Of a stretch of 64,000 bases of DNA, positions 1 to 12,405 are shown one piece after another; the stretch's first letter is position 1; each line of letters begins with the position of its first letter. A program made the translations under genes and the position numbers. The DNA is from Leucoraja erinacea (lineage: Eukaryota), in the NCBI RefSeq assembly GCF_028641065.1, contig NC_073409.1, forward strand, positions 434,001 through 498,000, written 5' to 3'. The notes beneath the pieces are model-generated. The model was not told the DNA's origin. It saw only the letters and a program-made list of their open reading frames with translations, and did not search any database.

Positions 1-109
1 TGCAAAAGACAAGCAGAAAAGCTGAATAAATCAACGATTGGCTGCAGAGAGCACAATGATGTGGAAAGATTCTCCAAAATGTCACCTGACAGTTTGTAGA
101 TATACATAG

Positions 110-295
110 TGGTGGAGTAACTCGGCGGGTCCAGGTAGAATCGCTGGAGACAAATAAGCAGCGTTTTGGGTCGGGATACTTTTTCAGTCTATCGAAATGT
201 CACCAACCCATGTCCTCCAGAGATGTTGCCAGACCTGCTGAGTTACTCCTGCACTTTGTGTTCTACATGAGACTCCAGTATCTGCAGTTCCTCAT
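110..295. mobile_element. Fold-back (inverted) pair of Penelope-derived short elements
   Basis: ggagtaactcggcgggtc...tgggtcgggatac is followed by the reverse-complement arm gaaatgtcacc...gctgagttactcc. Confidence 0.65.
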
Positions 296-489
296 GGCTC
301 CAGTTTGTAGACATGATTGTACTTTTGGTATTTAGAACAAACCCAATTTAGATGCTCCACGAATACCAACGCATTGATTAAAACCTTTAGATCACATTAG
401 TTTAGCTACAAATGTTATGAACTTCAAATGCAATATGAGGTTATTAAGAAGAATTGTGGTGCAATCTATACAAATTGAATAAATCAAAA

Positions 490-1135
490 TGAGTTTAGTT
501 TATAATGTTGGTGACGTGTACTGAGATACAGTGAAAAGCATTTGTCACATGGTGTCCAGTCAAAGAAAAGACTAGACATGATTACAATCAAGCTGTGCAC
601 AGTGTACAGGGTATAACATTCCGTGCAAGATAAAGTTTGATTACAAATGGTTCAAAGCTCTCCATTGAGGTAGATGGGAGGGCAGGATGAGGAGAGGATC
701 GGACAAAAGTTGATAACAGCTGGGAAGAAAATGTCCTTTAATCTGGAGGTGTGCATTCTCAAACTCTTATCTCTTGCCTGAGGGGAGAAGAGGGAGTGAC
801 TGGTCCTTGATTATGCTGCTGGCCTTACAGACGCAGTGTGAAGCAGAGATGGTCAATGGTTGGTTTGTGTGAAGGTCTGGGCTACGTCCACAATTCTCTG
901 CAATTTCTTGTGGCCTTGGATGGGGCTGTTCCCAAACTATGTTGTGATACATCCCGATAAAATACTTTCTATAGCACATGTGTAGAAGTTGGGGACAGAC
1001 TGAATCTCCTTAGCCATCTAACAAAGTCAAGGCCTTGGTGTGCTTTCTAGGCCAGAGCTTTGATGGTCCAGGATAAATTGCAGCAGATTTTTATTCCTAA
1101 GAACTTGAGGTTCTCGACCATCTCTATTTCGGCAT
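490..1135 (-). mobile_element. Rex1/Babar-type LINE 3' fragment
   Basis: CKASSIIKDQSLPLLPSGKR in the minus frame. The 3' UTR is homologous to 21385-21655 (+) and 48712-48890 (-). Confidence 0.7.
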
Positions 1136-3550
1136 CATCACTTTGTGCTGGATCAATAATCACCATTGATGAATCTGTAGAGACTCATTGATACCCTGTT
1201 GTTGCTGATGTGTGAGGCATGAAAGAGTCTGGGCCAAACTGGTCTGGAGAGATCACTGAGACATCTAACCCGGGTTAAGCCACTTACATTTGGGATTTTC
1301 ACAAGAAGAATAGGCACGAGTAGACGCTTATATTCCCATGTTTTCAAATCAACCAGAATAGGTCATCATTAAATTACTCGTAACTTGGGTTGAATTATGT
1401 TGAGAGAATGCAAGTAGGTTGAATTGGAAGTCTAAACCTGAGTCTTTGGATTGTAAATATTTACAAGGAAAACAGGTGGAATGGTGATAAATTGATACAA
1501 CAAATTCATCTGAAAATGCGGCCTTTCCAATTCAACGCTTGGAGCTAAATCAGGAATCCCTACACCGAGAAATGTTTATAATTTCAGAGATCAACTTCAT
1601 GGGTTTATCCCACAACGTTCCATGTTGAAACTTCTTCTGGTTGAGTCCACACACAAGATTAGAAGTTGTTCGGCCAGAGCTGGACACACATCTTGGCATC
1701 TGCATACAATGGTGTTTGTCTTGTCGCTTCTTGTGCTTGTGCGTGGTGGTGGAAACAGGGCCGCGATCAACGTGAACGCTCTCCTTGACCCCATGTTGGA
1801 ACTTGCATTGCATTTCGCCGAGTGAGTGAATTTCACAATAGAATTCCCTGGTGAGACCCGGTGGGAGTCTAGGATCATGTCATTGTTTCATTACTTGTAA
1901 TAATTAGTTACGCTGCCCCCAAACCATTGGTTTATTGTGTTTGTTTGTTTCCGCTGAGCTGATTTTCCGAATGATCAAATGGGTGAGTGTGGGGAGAGGT
2001 TTCTAATGGCACACTCCACGGGCTGAGAGTTGTTTGTCAATACCATCTCTCTGCACTGAACTGTAAGAACATGCTGGATGTAACCAGCTTATGTAGTCAT
2101 CCGTCACGGCTCGCTTCATTTAAGGCAGGTGTTTACATGCCAAAGGTCAGAAGGTGCCTTATTTACGGATACAACAATTGCACGTAAGCTAACTTCCTGT
2201 TACACATATTTTTGAAATGACAATTCTCTGAAAGTGTGGGAGTAAATTTGTGGAAGTACAGTCAGATGATTTACTCTTGTCAGTTTAATTCCCAAGTAGC
2301 TTAGATAAATATTCCTAGCATCACTTTGCTTCATTATTTGAGTTGAGCAGGCAAAGAGTGTTTAGTAAGGTGAGTCACTCAGCTCTGGGTGTATGCTTGT
2401 GTCTGCCTATGGAGAGGTTTCAATGCTGTTCATAGTTCATAGTTCATGCTGCAACTTGTGGTAACCTCTTCCTGGGACTGAGTATCTGACACCTGGTTGT
2501 GGAAAGATGTAAATAATACTGTTCCTAATTGGCAATGCATTATTGAGAGTGTTCAGCCCCACTGATTTGGATAATGAATGCTTGCTGTAATCAGTGATTA
2601 TTGTGGAGAATTGTTTTCCTGGCTGGAAGGCAAAGGCCCAATCACCCCAATCTATTCACTGGCCACGTACATTATATAAAATCACCTTCTGGTTCTCTGC
2701 AAAATAGCATGTATTAAATTAGACTTAAACTTCGACAACGCTGACTGGATAATTGCTATAAAACATTGGTTTAATTTATAGATGCAGCATGTAAACAGGT
2801 CCTTTGACCCAGCGAGTCCACACCAACTATCGATCGCATATTCACACTAGATCTGTTACCCCACTTTCCCGCTCACCACACTAGGGGCAACTTACAGAGG
2901 CCAACTAATCTACAAACTTGCACATCTTAGTTTATAAAATGGTGCAGAGAATAGAGAGAGTTAATAGTTATTTTCACTGGGTGGAAATAGCAAATATTAG
3001 AAGCAGATATTACATCTAGTTTTAAGATGCATTTAGAGAGACCCAAGAACAGGCAGGGAACAGAGGGATGGGATTAGTTAAAGTGGCATCATGGTCAGTA
3101 TGCTATTCATCCATGGCTGAAGATATCTAGATCTTGCAGCATGCAGGCATGGCCTGCTCCATATTGTGAGGAGTTGTGAATGGAATTGAACATTGAGTAA
3201 TGGTCAGTAGATGTCCCCATTCCTGGCGTTAGGATAGCAGGATGGTCAATGGCAGAGCAGCTGAAGATGTCTGAGCCTTGAACGCTGCTCTGATGAACGG
3301 TATTAGTGACAAGCTGGAACTGGTCCAGTGAAGAGTTGGATCATTAACCTCCCAACAAGGTCAATGATCTTCCTTTGTGCGACCTATGCCTCTGTCCCCC
3401 TCATTATTATCATTAGTAAACTCCAGCCAAACTATCGGTCACCTCCCAATGTTGTCATTTGGTGTCAATTAAATAAATCTGACAGCATTGTTCTATGAAT
3501 ACAATATCCTATTTATTATTCCTATTTTACTATTTATTGGTAATTTTACA

Positions 3551-3860
3551 TTTTAGTTTAGAGATACAGCATGGAAACAGTCCCTTTGGCACAGCAAGTC
3601 CATGCCGATCATTGATCACCCATTCACATTAGGTTTATGGTATCCCACTTACTCATTCACTCCCTACACACTGGGGGCAACTTACAGAGGTTGGTTGACC
3701 TACAAACCTGCACCTTGTTGGAAACCGGAGCACCTGAAGGAAACCCACGTGGTCACGGAGAACGTGCAAACTCCGTACAGACAGCACTTGAGGTGAGAAT
3801 CAAACCCGTGTCTCTGGTGCAGTGAGGCAGCAGCTCTACCCGCTGCGCCACTGAGTTGCC
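3551..3860 (-). mobile_element. HE1-like tRNA-derived V-SINE
   Basis: Reverse complement of a tRNA-like head, V-domain (gttctccgtgaccacgtgggtttcc...ggtgctccggtttcc) and CR1-like tail ending tatctctaaactaaa. Confidence 0.85.
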
Positions 3861-3949
3861 TATTATGATTCAATGATACTTATTGCTCCAATAGCTGCAA
3901 AACAAATGTAAATGTAGCCAGTACATGTAAGTTTTTGTTTGCAGTAAGT

Positions 3950-4247
3950 GCGGCACGGTGGCGCAGCGGTAAAGTTGCTACCTCTCGGCACCGGAGACCC
4001 GGGTTCGATCCTGACCACGGGTGCTGTCTGTGTGGAGGTTGTATGTTCTCCCTGTGACCGTGTGGGTTTGTTTGGGTGCTCTGGTTTCCTCCCACATCCC
4101 AAAGACATGGGGGTTTGTAAGTTAATTGTCCCTCTGTATATTGTCCCTAGTGTGTAGGATAGAACTAGTGTATGGCTGAGTATTGGTTGGCGCAGACTCC
4201 ATTGGCCAAAGGGCCTGTTTCAACACTGTATCTCTAAACAAAACTAG
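3950..4247 (+). mobile_element. HE1-like tRNA-derived V-SINE, full length
   Basis: A box TGGCGCAGCGG, B box GGTTCGATCC, V-domain gttctccctgtgaccgtgtgggtt...ggtttcctcccacatcccaaagac, tail gggcctgtttc...tatctctaaac. Confidence 0.88.
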
Positions 4248-5846
4248 AGTGCATGTTGTCACAAAGAACAGGCCGAATAGTACACAACTCTTTCACAGAA
4301 ACTTTCGTTATTTAAAAGGGGGTTCTCATGCTTGAAATAAACCAGGTTTTCCACTTTAGTGCTTTTATTTATTTAACTTGTCAGAGGGTGGATTTATTAT
4401 TAAAAAGGGAATTACATTTTAAATTATATCACAGGTAGCAAACATGCCGTATCAGAATTAAACCAGATACCCACTTATGAGTTTCTGTTCCAGAATTGAG
4501 GTAAAGTTCCTCTCTGAGGAAATTGAGGAACAAATCTAAGTTACAGGCAGGATAATTTTCTTTTGTGGGGGCTGGGTGGGTATAATATTACTGAACGGGA
4601 AATGATTAAAACCAATCTCAGAACAATGTGTTACGGGAATTTCCAATTTTCCACACAAGTGATGCTCTTTTCATTTTTCCACAAAAGACTGAACTGGAAA
4701 AGACAAATCTGTAACTTGTACTGAAAGATATTGCCTGCTGATTATAAAGTCAATGGAAACTGATACTGAACGAAATACCAGGTATAGATCACTGAAACAG
4801 GCCCTTCAGCCCATCTCAGAGGCCTATTTAAACTGGACCGATTAGCCCATGTTTGACCCACACCCCTCTGAACCATTTTTAGCTTGTTCTACATACACAC
4901 CACCCTCTGTGAAGGGGAACAGTTGCTCCTCTGGTTCCTATTAAATCTTTCCCTTCTCACCTTAAACCTATGCTCTGCAATTCTTGATTTCCCACCCCTA
5001 GGAGCAAAGACGGTATGCATTTGCCCTAACTATGGCCCTCATTATTGAAATCGCCCCTGTTTTCTACTCTCCAAGGAATAGTGCTAGCCTGCATAACCTC
5101 TTCCATTAACAAAGTCCTGTCAACACCCTTGTAAATCTTTTCAGAATTATTTAATGGCAACTTTTCTATAGCAGAGTGATCAAAACTGAACACAATGCTC
5201 CAACTACAGCCTCATACAGCCTAACATCTATGCTCAATGCCCTTGGTGAGGAGGGACCGCATGCCAAGAGCGAGTTGGTGTGGACTCGGTGGGCTGAAGG
5301 GCCTGTTTGTATGCTGGATATCTAAACTAAACTAAACATGCAGTAAATAAACAATACATCTGTTAAAGAAGTAGATGATGGATAAGATGGGCGTGTTCTG
5401 GTTGACCTGCGGGTGGTGGGGAATGTCAGATACGAGCAGCACCATTGTCTGGATGTGTGGCTGTAAGCACATCTGTCCTGTAAATCCACACAGATACAGG
5501 AACATAACAATGCTCTACTGGCAAGTAGACTGTGTTGCTATTGCCAAGAGCTTCCAGCATAGATTCAGTTCTGCACATTAAGTACCTTCTCCATCTCAAC
5601 TATTTAAACGTAGTGGGAATTGAAAGTTTATTTCATAAATTCAACATGGAATGCAAGGCTGTCAAATAGAGCTGGCTTTTCACCTTGCAGTTCCTCGAAG
5701 CAGACATTACACATTGCACTACACAATGCATGCAAATACTGTGGCTGAGGATATGGGTGCACTAAGAATAACACAACATATCTTATTTCTTGTCAGAGTA
5801 CAGAATTGGGCAAAGGATTACAATTTTGAGTAAAACTGTTCAAAGT

Positions 5847-5972
5847 TGAAGAAGGGTCTCGACCCAAATGTCACCTGTTCCTTCTCTCCAGTGATGCTGC
5901 CTGTCCTGCTGAGTTGCTCCAGCTTTTTGTGTCTATCTTTGGTTTAAAACAGCATCTGCAGTTCCTTCCTAC
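5847..5972 (+). mobile_element. Penelope-derived short element, degenerate hammerhead, 12-bp TSD
   Basis: tgaagaagggtctcgaccc...gagttgctccagc...gcagttccttcctac, flanked by ACTGTTCAAAGT (5835-5846) and ACTGTCCAAAGT (5973-5984). Confidence 0.75.
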
Positions 5973-6519
5973 ACTGTCCAAAGTTTTGTTTTTGGTCAAG
6001 GTCTTTCATTTCCCACCGCTTATGTAAATGTTTGAAAATTAAGTAACATACAAGTGAAGTATACTTGCATTGAATTTGAAGTCTTGGGCTTCCAACCTGC
6101 CCTTCCTGCCTCTCTCTGTGATGCCAATATTATTCGAGCACAACAGGAAATCAATAGCTTGTGATACCAGGAGACACTTCCTCAAGCACAAAATGTCTGA
6201 GTAATAATTTCAAGCAAGGCTTCGCCCATTTCCTGGAAAAGGAGGAAAGATTGCTTATCCGAGTCATTCAACTATTTATCCTCTCAGAATGGAATGGGAT
6301 TGGTACATGTACAATGTAGAGAGAGAGAGAGCGGGAGCGGACAGGGCCCTTTCTCTCTCCGCACCAATACTTGTCACCTATAAGGAACCCGTTACAGTGT
6401 TTGCGACCCAGTTGATAGAGAAATCAAAACCTGAATGTGATCTCATCATTAATGACAAATAGCCTGGTGATTTCACTTATAGGGGAAATATCACACTGAG
6501 ATACAATGATACCTTTCCA

Positions 6520-6710
6520 GGTGTAGGAAGGAACTGCTGGTACTGGTTTAAACCAAAGTTAGACACAGTGCTGGAGTAACTCGGTGGGACAGGCAACATC
6601 TCTGGAGAAAAGGAATGGTGACGATTTGGGTCAGGACCTGAATGTCACCCATTCCTTTTCTTCAGAGATGCTGCGTGTCCCACTGAGTTACTCCAGCACT
6701 TTGTGTGTTT
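6520..6710. mobile_element. Fold-back pair of Penelope-derived short elements
   Basis: gtgtaggaaggaact...ctggagtaactcggtgggacaggc...gtgacgatttgggtc, then the inverted arm gtcacccattcc...cactgagttactccagcac. Confidence 0.65.
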
Positions 6711-7684
6711 CCGGGTACTTGATGAACATTTGAGTCTGATATAGAATGACCAAATAAATTCAGTATGAAATCTACAGGAATGTGTGTCTGGTGTCATGGA
6801 GCCTTGCATCTGTGTTATTAGTGCCTGCGTTATATACATACACATAGAGTTGGGCAACAATGCAACAACTTGTTTACATAAATCACCGTCAGTCAAAGAA
6901 AACATCTCGAACTGCTTTAGGAAAATATTACCGGCTTCAGAACCGAGTCCAAGGATAGGTTTCAAGGAACATTTTGAAGGGCAGGGGAAGAGAGAATTGT
7001 AGAGAGAGAATTCCAAAGGTTCATGCCTTGATGGTTTATGCACAGACAATAGGTGTAGGAGTAGGCCATTCGGCACCGCCATTCAATGTGATCATGGCTG
7101 ATCATCCCCAATCAGTACCTCGTTCCTGCCTCCTCCCCATATCCCCTGACAGGGTCAATGGAGAACTTGCTTCTTGTTTCCGATGGCCAGCACCAATAGC
7201 CCGCAGTGAATCAGCAATGTTCAGTATGGACCACCTGCATTTGTGGATCCTTTGAAGTCAGCAGAAGCAGGTGAATCTTCCCATGGTTGTTGCCAGGAAC
7301 TGTAGCCAAATGTTCTGCCATTTACTCTGTCTATTCAAGACAATGGCTGTCCTACAGAGGGTGGTTTCCACTACATTTGAGGGTGTGGTGGGAGATTTCC
7401 ATCATTCACGTTCATGACCATTGTTTAAAAATCTCCCAAATGAGAATAACTCTGGTGAGCAAAGCCTGCGAATTGGCTTCCCAACATCCTCCCTCTATGG
7501 AAAAGTGGCAACTGGGAGACATTAGGGAACGGGTACATTCCCGGCAATGGATGTATGAAGCTGCAGGCAGTGGGGAGGTGGCATTGTTTAATCTTTTTAT
7601 CCTTCCCCAATTTCCAATTCCTTGCTGATTTAGTGGCCGAAACATGTTAGTTACTCAGCAACAGAATGTCTCCTTGTTGGTATG

Positions 7685-7787
7685 TAGCGGGCAGTGTGTA
7701 ACGGGCAATCTGTAACGGGCAGTGTGTAACGGGCAGTGTGTAACGGGGAGTGTGTAACGGGCAGTCTGTAACGGGCAGTGTGTAACG
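7685..7787. repeat. 14-bp minisatellite (aacgggcagtgtgt), ~7 copies
   Basis: Directly visible tandem repeat. Confidence 0.9.
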
Positions 7788-10700
7788 AGTATAATTTGAT
7801 AGTTAGATTCATAGTCATAAAGCATGGAAACGGGCCCTTTGGCCCAACTTGCCCAATGCTTCCCAAAATGCTCCATCTATGCTAGTCCTATCTGCCTGTG
7901 TTAGGCCCATGTCCATTTAAAACATTCCTAGCCATGTACTTGTCCAAATGTCTTTTAAAGGCTCGTGGGTATAATGAGGATGTTTCTGAACGTTATAGAC
8001 AACACAGCCGGAGAGGAATAAGTCTCAATACATGCAATCAGTGAAATCTAAAAGCACATATTCCTCAGAACAACCCCCGCCTGTGGAAAGTGCTGACAAT
8101 GTCCTGTTTACTAGTAATGAAATATGATTACATTGTAAATAAAATACATTGGAAAAAACTAAAAGGCTCAAAACAAAAGCTGATGACAGTCCAGAGACAA
8201 GGATCTGCAGATGCTGGTTACTGCACAAAGGGGCACAGAGTGCTGGAGTAACTCAGCGGGTCAGGCAGCATCTGTGGAGAACATGGATAGGTGATGTTTT
8301 GGGTCGAGACCCTTCTTCAGACTGATTGTAGGGGATTGGGGGAAGGGAGGGCTGGTAAAGAGGACCAGCTCTCTTTACCAGCAAAGGGCAAAGTGTGGCA
8401 GGAAAGCCCTAAACTGGATATCAAGTGAGTTGTAGGCAATGAAGGTAGATGCGTTCATTGCCCTCTGCCTGCTGTGACCATCTATCTATCAGCCGCTGCC
8501 CTGACTCAGGTGGAAGTGGATTGTTTTATACTGTACACTGTATGGGTAAATATGACGGAGTTTGTGAAACACACATACACTGAGGCAGGAGCAACTACTG
8601 GAGAAGCAGAGGTGGTTCCAGCCCCAGCCCAGTAGTGACAGCCCAGTGCTTTCTCTCTCAAAGCTCTGATGTGGATTTCATTATCTCTCTCCACACATTT
8701 CCTTTACTTGGAAGTTGTGCGGGTCTGCCCAGCTGATGGTGGGCTTTGGCTAGAATTACTGATCCTTTTTCTGGTGAAATTGAAAGAATGTTTTTCCCGT
8801 TTCATTTGTTAAATGTTTTTTCCAGTTCATTTCTCAAGAGTTGGGTGTTGATGGCAGGGCCAGTGACAATTGCCCTTCTCCAGCTGTGCTGGGCACTGCG
8901 GCTGGAGAACAGCGATATAGTTTAAAGTGATTCAGTGAAGGATTTGGCTACGATGTGTGGAGGATGCTATTGGATAAAGTCACACAGTGAGTGACTGAAC
9001 AAAGTAAGGATGGTTTTCATTTGAAAAAAAAAATTGTTTAAAACCAAAAACTTGATCATCATGCGGTCAGATTGACCCATCCTGTTTTAAAAAATAAATT
9101 GTATATAAATAATCAGCCTGGCGTTGTGGAATTTAAACTCTTGTTTTCTGGATTATTATCTCGTCGCTTGGCCCTTCTCTCAAATCTTTCTCATATTATT
9201 CAATAATTTGACTGTTACTTTTCCACCATTTTATTCAATGTCCCAGACCCCAATGATAAGAAATGTAAATGATATCCATGCCTGTGGTCAAAGATGTATT
9301 AAATTTAAAAGAAAAGGACACAGAGTGCTGGAGGGCTTGTAAAATGAGAGTAACCTGCTGGTGTAAATCATTGGGTGTGATGCTTACGTTTTACTTCTGA
9401 TTGGAGATGAGAATCCCATGAGTAAATTTGGAATTGGACAAATAATAACCAGGGCACAGATTGTAATCATGATGTGGAGATCCAAAGTCCTTTGCCAATG
9501 GCTCAGTGTGAGTTGGACTGACCAAAGATCTTTGGTACTGACCAAGGCAGCCGAGTGCTGGAGGACGTATACACTCGTTCCTCAACTGCAGTATGGGTGA
9601 GGCATAACGGCACTTCATCCTCATCCATCCAACTGGCCCAATTGTCCATGACGGAAGTTATCCAACCCATCTTCCGTTTCATTTGGTGTGGTGTGGCAGT
9701 GCCTATCGGCAGTGACTCGACTACAGTCTGTCGGGGATGGGACCCAACAGGTCCCCCTTGATCTAGTAAACTTTGATATTCAAAAATATGTCCCATTTTA
9801 CTTGAGGAAGGGTTGGTATCTGCCCTGGTCTCCCTCCTCCATAACTTCCATTGCTGCCCATTTGTATTTGGTAGAGCTTCTGTGAAGTGTTTTGGTAAGT
9901 TTGCCCTGAAAGGCACCACATAATTGTAAGTGGTTGATGTGAAAGTCAGACATCTGTGTGAGTTAGCGGTGAGAACACAGGAGCTGCCTCTGACTGCAGT
10001 GATCACAGCTCAGGCCTGTTGATGGTGCTGGCAGGTGCAGCATGTGATCCAGCAACCCTGGGTGTGTTGCTGCTTTGGGACACAGTCCCACCTGACAACT
10101 GCCAGTAGAATCTCACAATTAGTAAGAAATACATTCAGCGTGGAATGCCTCCTTACTGGACCATCTCGGCATAAATTATTGCAAAATTAAAAAGACTAAT
10201 ACAGTTCCTTTCATGTTCCACCTCAAAATGTCAAACGAATCAAGTCCCTTTCACTCTTCTAAATTGTAGTTGAAACAACATTAGCAGCCCAAACCTCTCA
10301 TTGACAGGGAGGAATCTTGGGCTGTTTTGAAAGATCCGTTAAAGGCACTAAACCCTATACAACTGCAGTAGAACCTCCCTGCTCCTATACTCAAATCCTT
10401 TTGCTATGGAAGCTCTCTTTCTTTCTGCTCATCTTTCCAGAGTCCACCTCAGAAAAAACAGCTTTACGTTTGAAACACCTCCCTCTCATGGTCATTTAGA
10501 AGATCCGTTAAAGCAGTAGCTCAGAGATTCCCTGCTCATTCAGAGTAGAGAAACAGCTTTACCCCTCCCTCTTGTCAGAAGCAAAGCAGAGTGGACACAC
10601 TCACTCCCACTGCAAGTGTCGACTTGATTTCACTTTAGGCCTGGATACCATGGTCAGATCCACGGAGATCAGAGTTAGGCTGTGGATCTGACACATGTCG

Positions 10701-11652
10701 ATGTTTGCACCATTTCAGTGTCAGCCTGAGAGAACCTTTCAATTCACTGTTTGTAAGGAACCATTCTGCTATGTTAACACTTGGCAAGTGTGCATTTCTA
10801 TTTTGTTAGAAGTTCAATAGAAATGATATTCTGAGCTTAAAGTTTTTGGGCAATTGAGTTCTGAATTGTCCTCATCAGTTAAGTATGAGCATGGGACTAT
10901 TGCTATTCTCAGTGCCTGCCTTCTGACCCATACACTCTGCACTACTGTCATGTCACAGTGTTTACTCAAACACGAGAAACACTATCCTTTCCAAGCCCAT
11001 CTCCTCCATACTTGTGTCCTGTCCAGATGGCTACTCACTCTTGAGTTTAGAACTGGTGTTTTTTTCTCACCCGTCCTTAGTAATTTCCACTTGCTGTGTC
11101 CGGCGAATGATGACCCCTGATGGTATTCTCGTCTCATTATACATGAGATTGTGATATTTGCCACCAATCATTTGATATTACTCCAAGATAGATTAAAATA
11201 TAATGTTTTCCTCTCATGCCGATTTTCCACATTACAGGGAGTTTGCTGAATTCCAGGAATGTTAAAAAATATTACATTGGATTAATATCAAAAAATGTCT
11301 TTGGAACTAATGCTTTAACAATGCAGCAATGGTGACAGACAGAAAATGCTGGAGTAACTCAACGGGACAGGCAGCATCTCTGGAAAGAAGGAATGGGTGA
11401 CGTTTTGGGTCGAGACCCTTCTTCAGATGGTGTATAAAGTGTATGACTGCTTTAAGCAACACTTTTATAAACGACACTGCACTGTGATTCACCTTTCAGT
11501 TTGCAGACAATGAACATTAATGTATACTTTGTGAAAGACAGTCAGGAGAACTGCAGAGGTGGGAGATTGCAACCTTCACCTGGTCCACCCTGTCTCGATG
11601 GATGCAATCAACCTGGCGTGCACAAACAGAAGATCAAACAGAATAAGTTGTC

Positions 11653-11752
11653 TCAGTCTGAAGAAGGGTTTCGGCCCGAAACGTTGCCTATTTCCTTCAC
11701 TCCATAGATGCTGCTGCACCCGCTGAGTTTCTCCAGCCTTTTTGTGTAACCC
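11653..11752 (+). mobile_element. Short non-autonomous Penelope-derived element with a minimal hammerhead ribozyme motif; 8-bp TSD
   Basis: CTGAAGA-A-GGGTTTCGGCCC-GAAAC-GTT at 11658-11685; flanking direct repeat AAGTTGTC at 11645-11652 and 11753-11760. Confidence 0.75.
11654..11690 (+). ncRNA. Minimal hammerhead ribozyme-like motif (Penelope pLTR type)
   Basis: Core boxes CUGANGA and GAAA flank a GGG/CCC stem II. They are followed by palindromic ACGU (a stem III that can only form in a dimer) and a GUH triplet. Stem I is only ~2 bp, so activity is untested. Confidence 0.6.
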
Positions 11753-12405
11753 AAGTTGTCTTACAACTTTAGGCTGTGCACGGTGTACAAAAGAAGAAGA
11801 AGGAGAACTGCAAGGATACAGCATTAAACACTCAGGGGCAAACACCCCTTTGGTCTATATTTGAGTTTTTAGTGAGGTTGACTTGGTCCTTCTGTAAATT
11901 CCTTCCTTTTACATTAAAACGCTCATTTTTCATCATCTAACTATAGATCAACTGTGAGATATTTCCCACGTGATCTTAACATTCACAAGCTGTCTTTTTG
12001 ATTTATTTTATTTTGACCCTATTCATAAAAATCCTTAAGACCAAATATCTGCCCATGTTTGCCTTCTGTACATCTCAATGTGCTTGATAATATTTATTTT
12101 ATTGTGTTGTTGGTTTTCCCATCCCTCCCCCCTGAATGTACTGTTTCATTAGGAGTGGTTTGGTCCAGGTTTTCCAGATGATGTTATGATGGGTGTGGTG
12201 GTTGGGCAGGAGAAGCAATAACATCAACCTAAGCTGGAACTATTCAGGATGCCTATTTTACACTGTTTTAGTTTACTCTCCAGCAGCCTCGATGGAAGCT
12301 GATGTTAACATTTTGTAATGCCACTTCTCTAGCCCATCGGTAACTCATCTGTCATAATTAACCAGGTTCCCATGATAGAGAACCTCACTGGATTTATGTG
12401 TAGAA

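Noticed and set aside
3950-4025. tRNA gene
   Set aside because: The A/B boxes belong to a SINE head that continues into a V-domain and LINE-like tail. No full cloverleaf is present.
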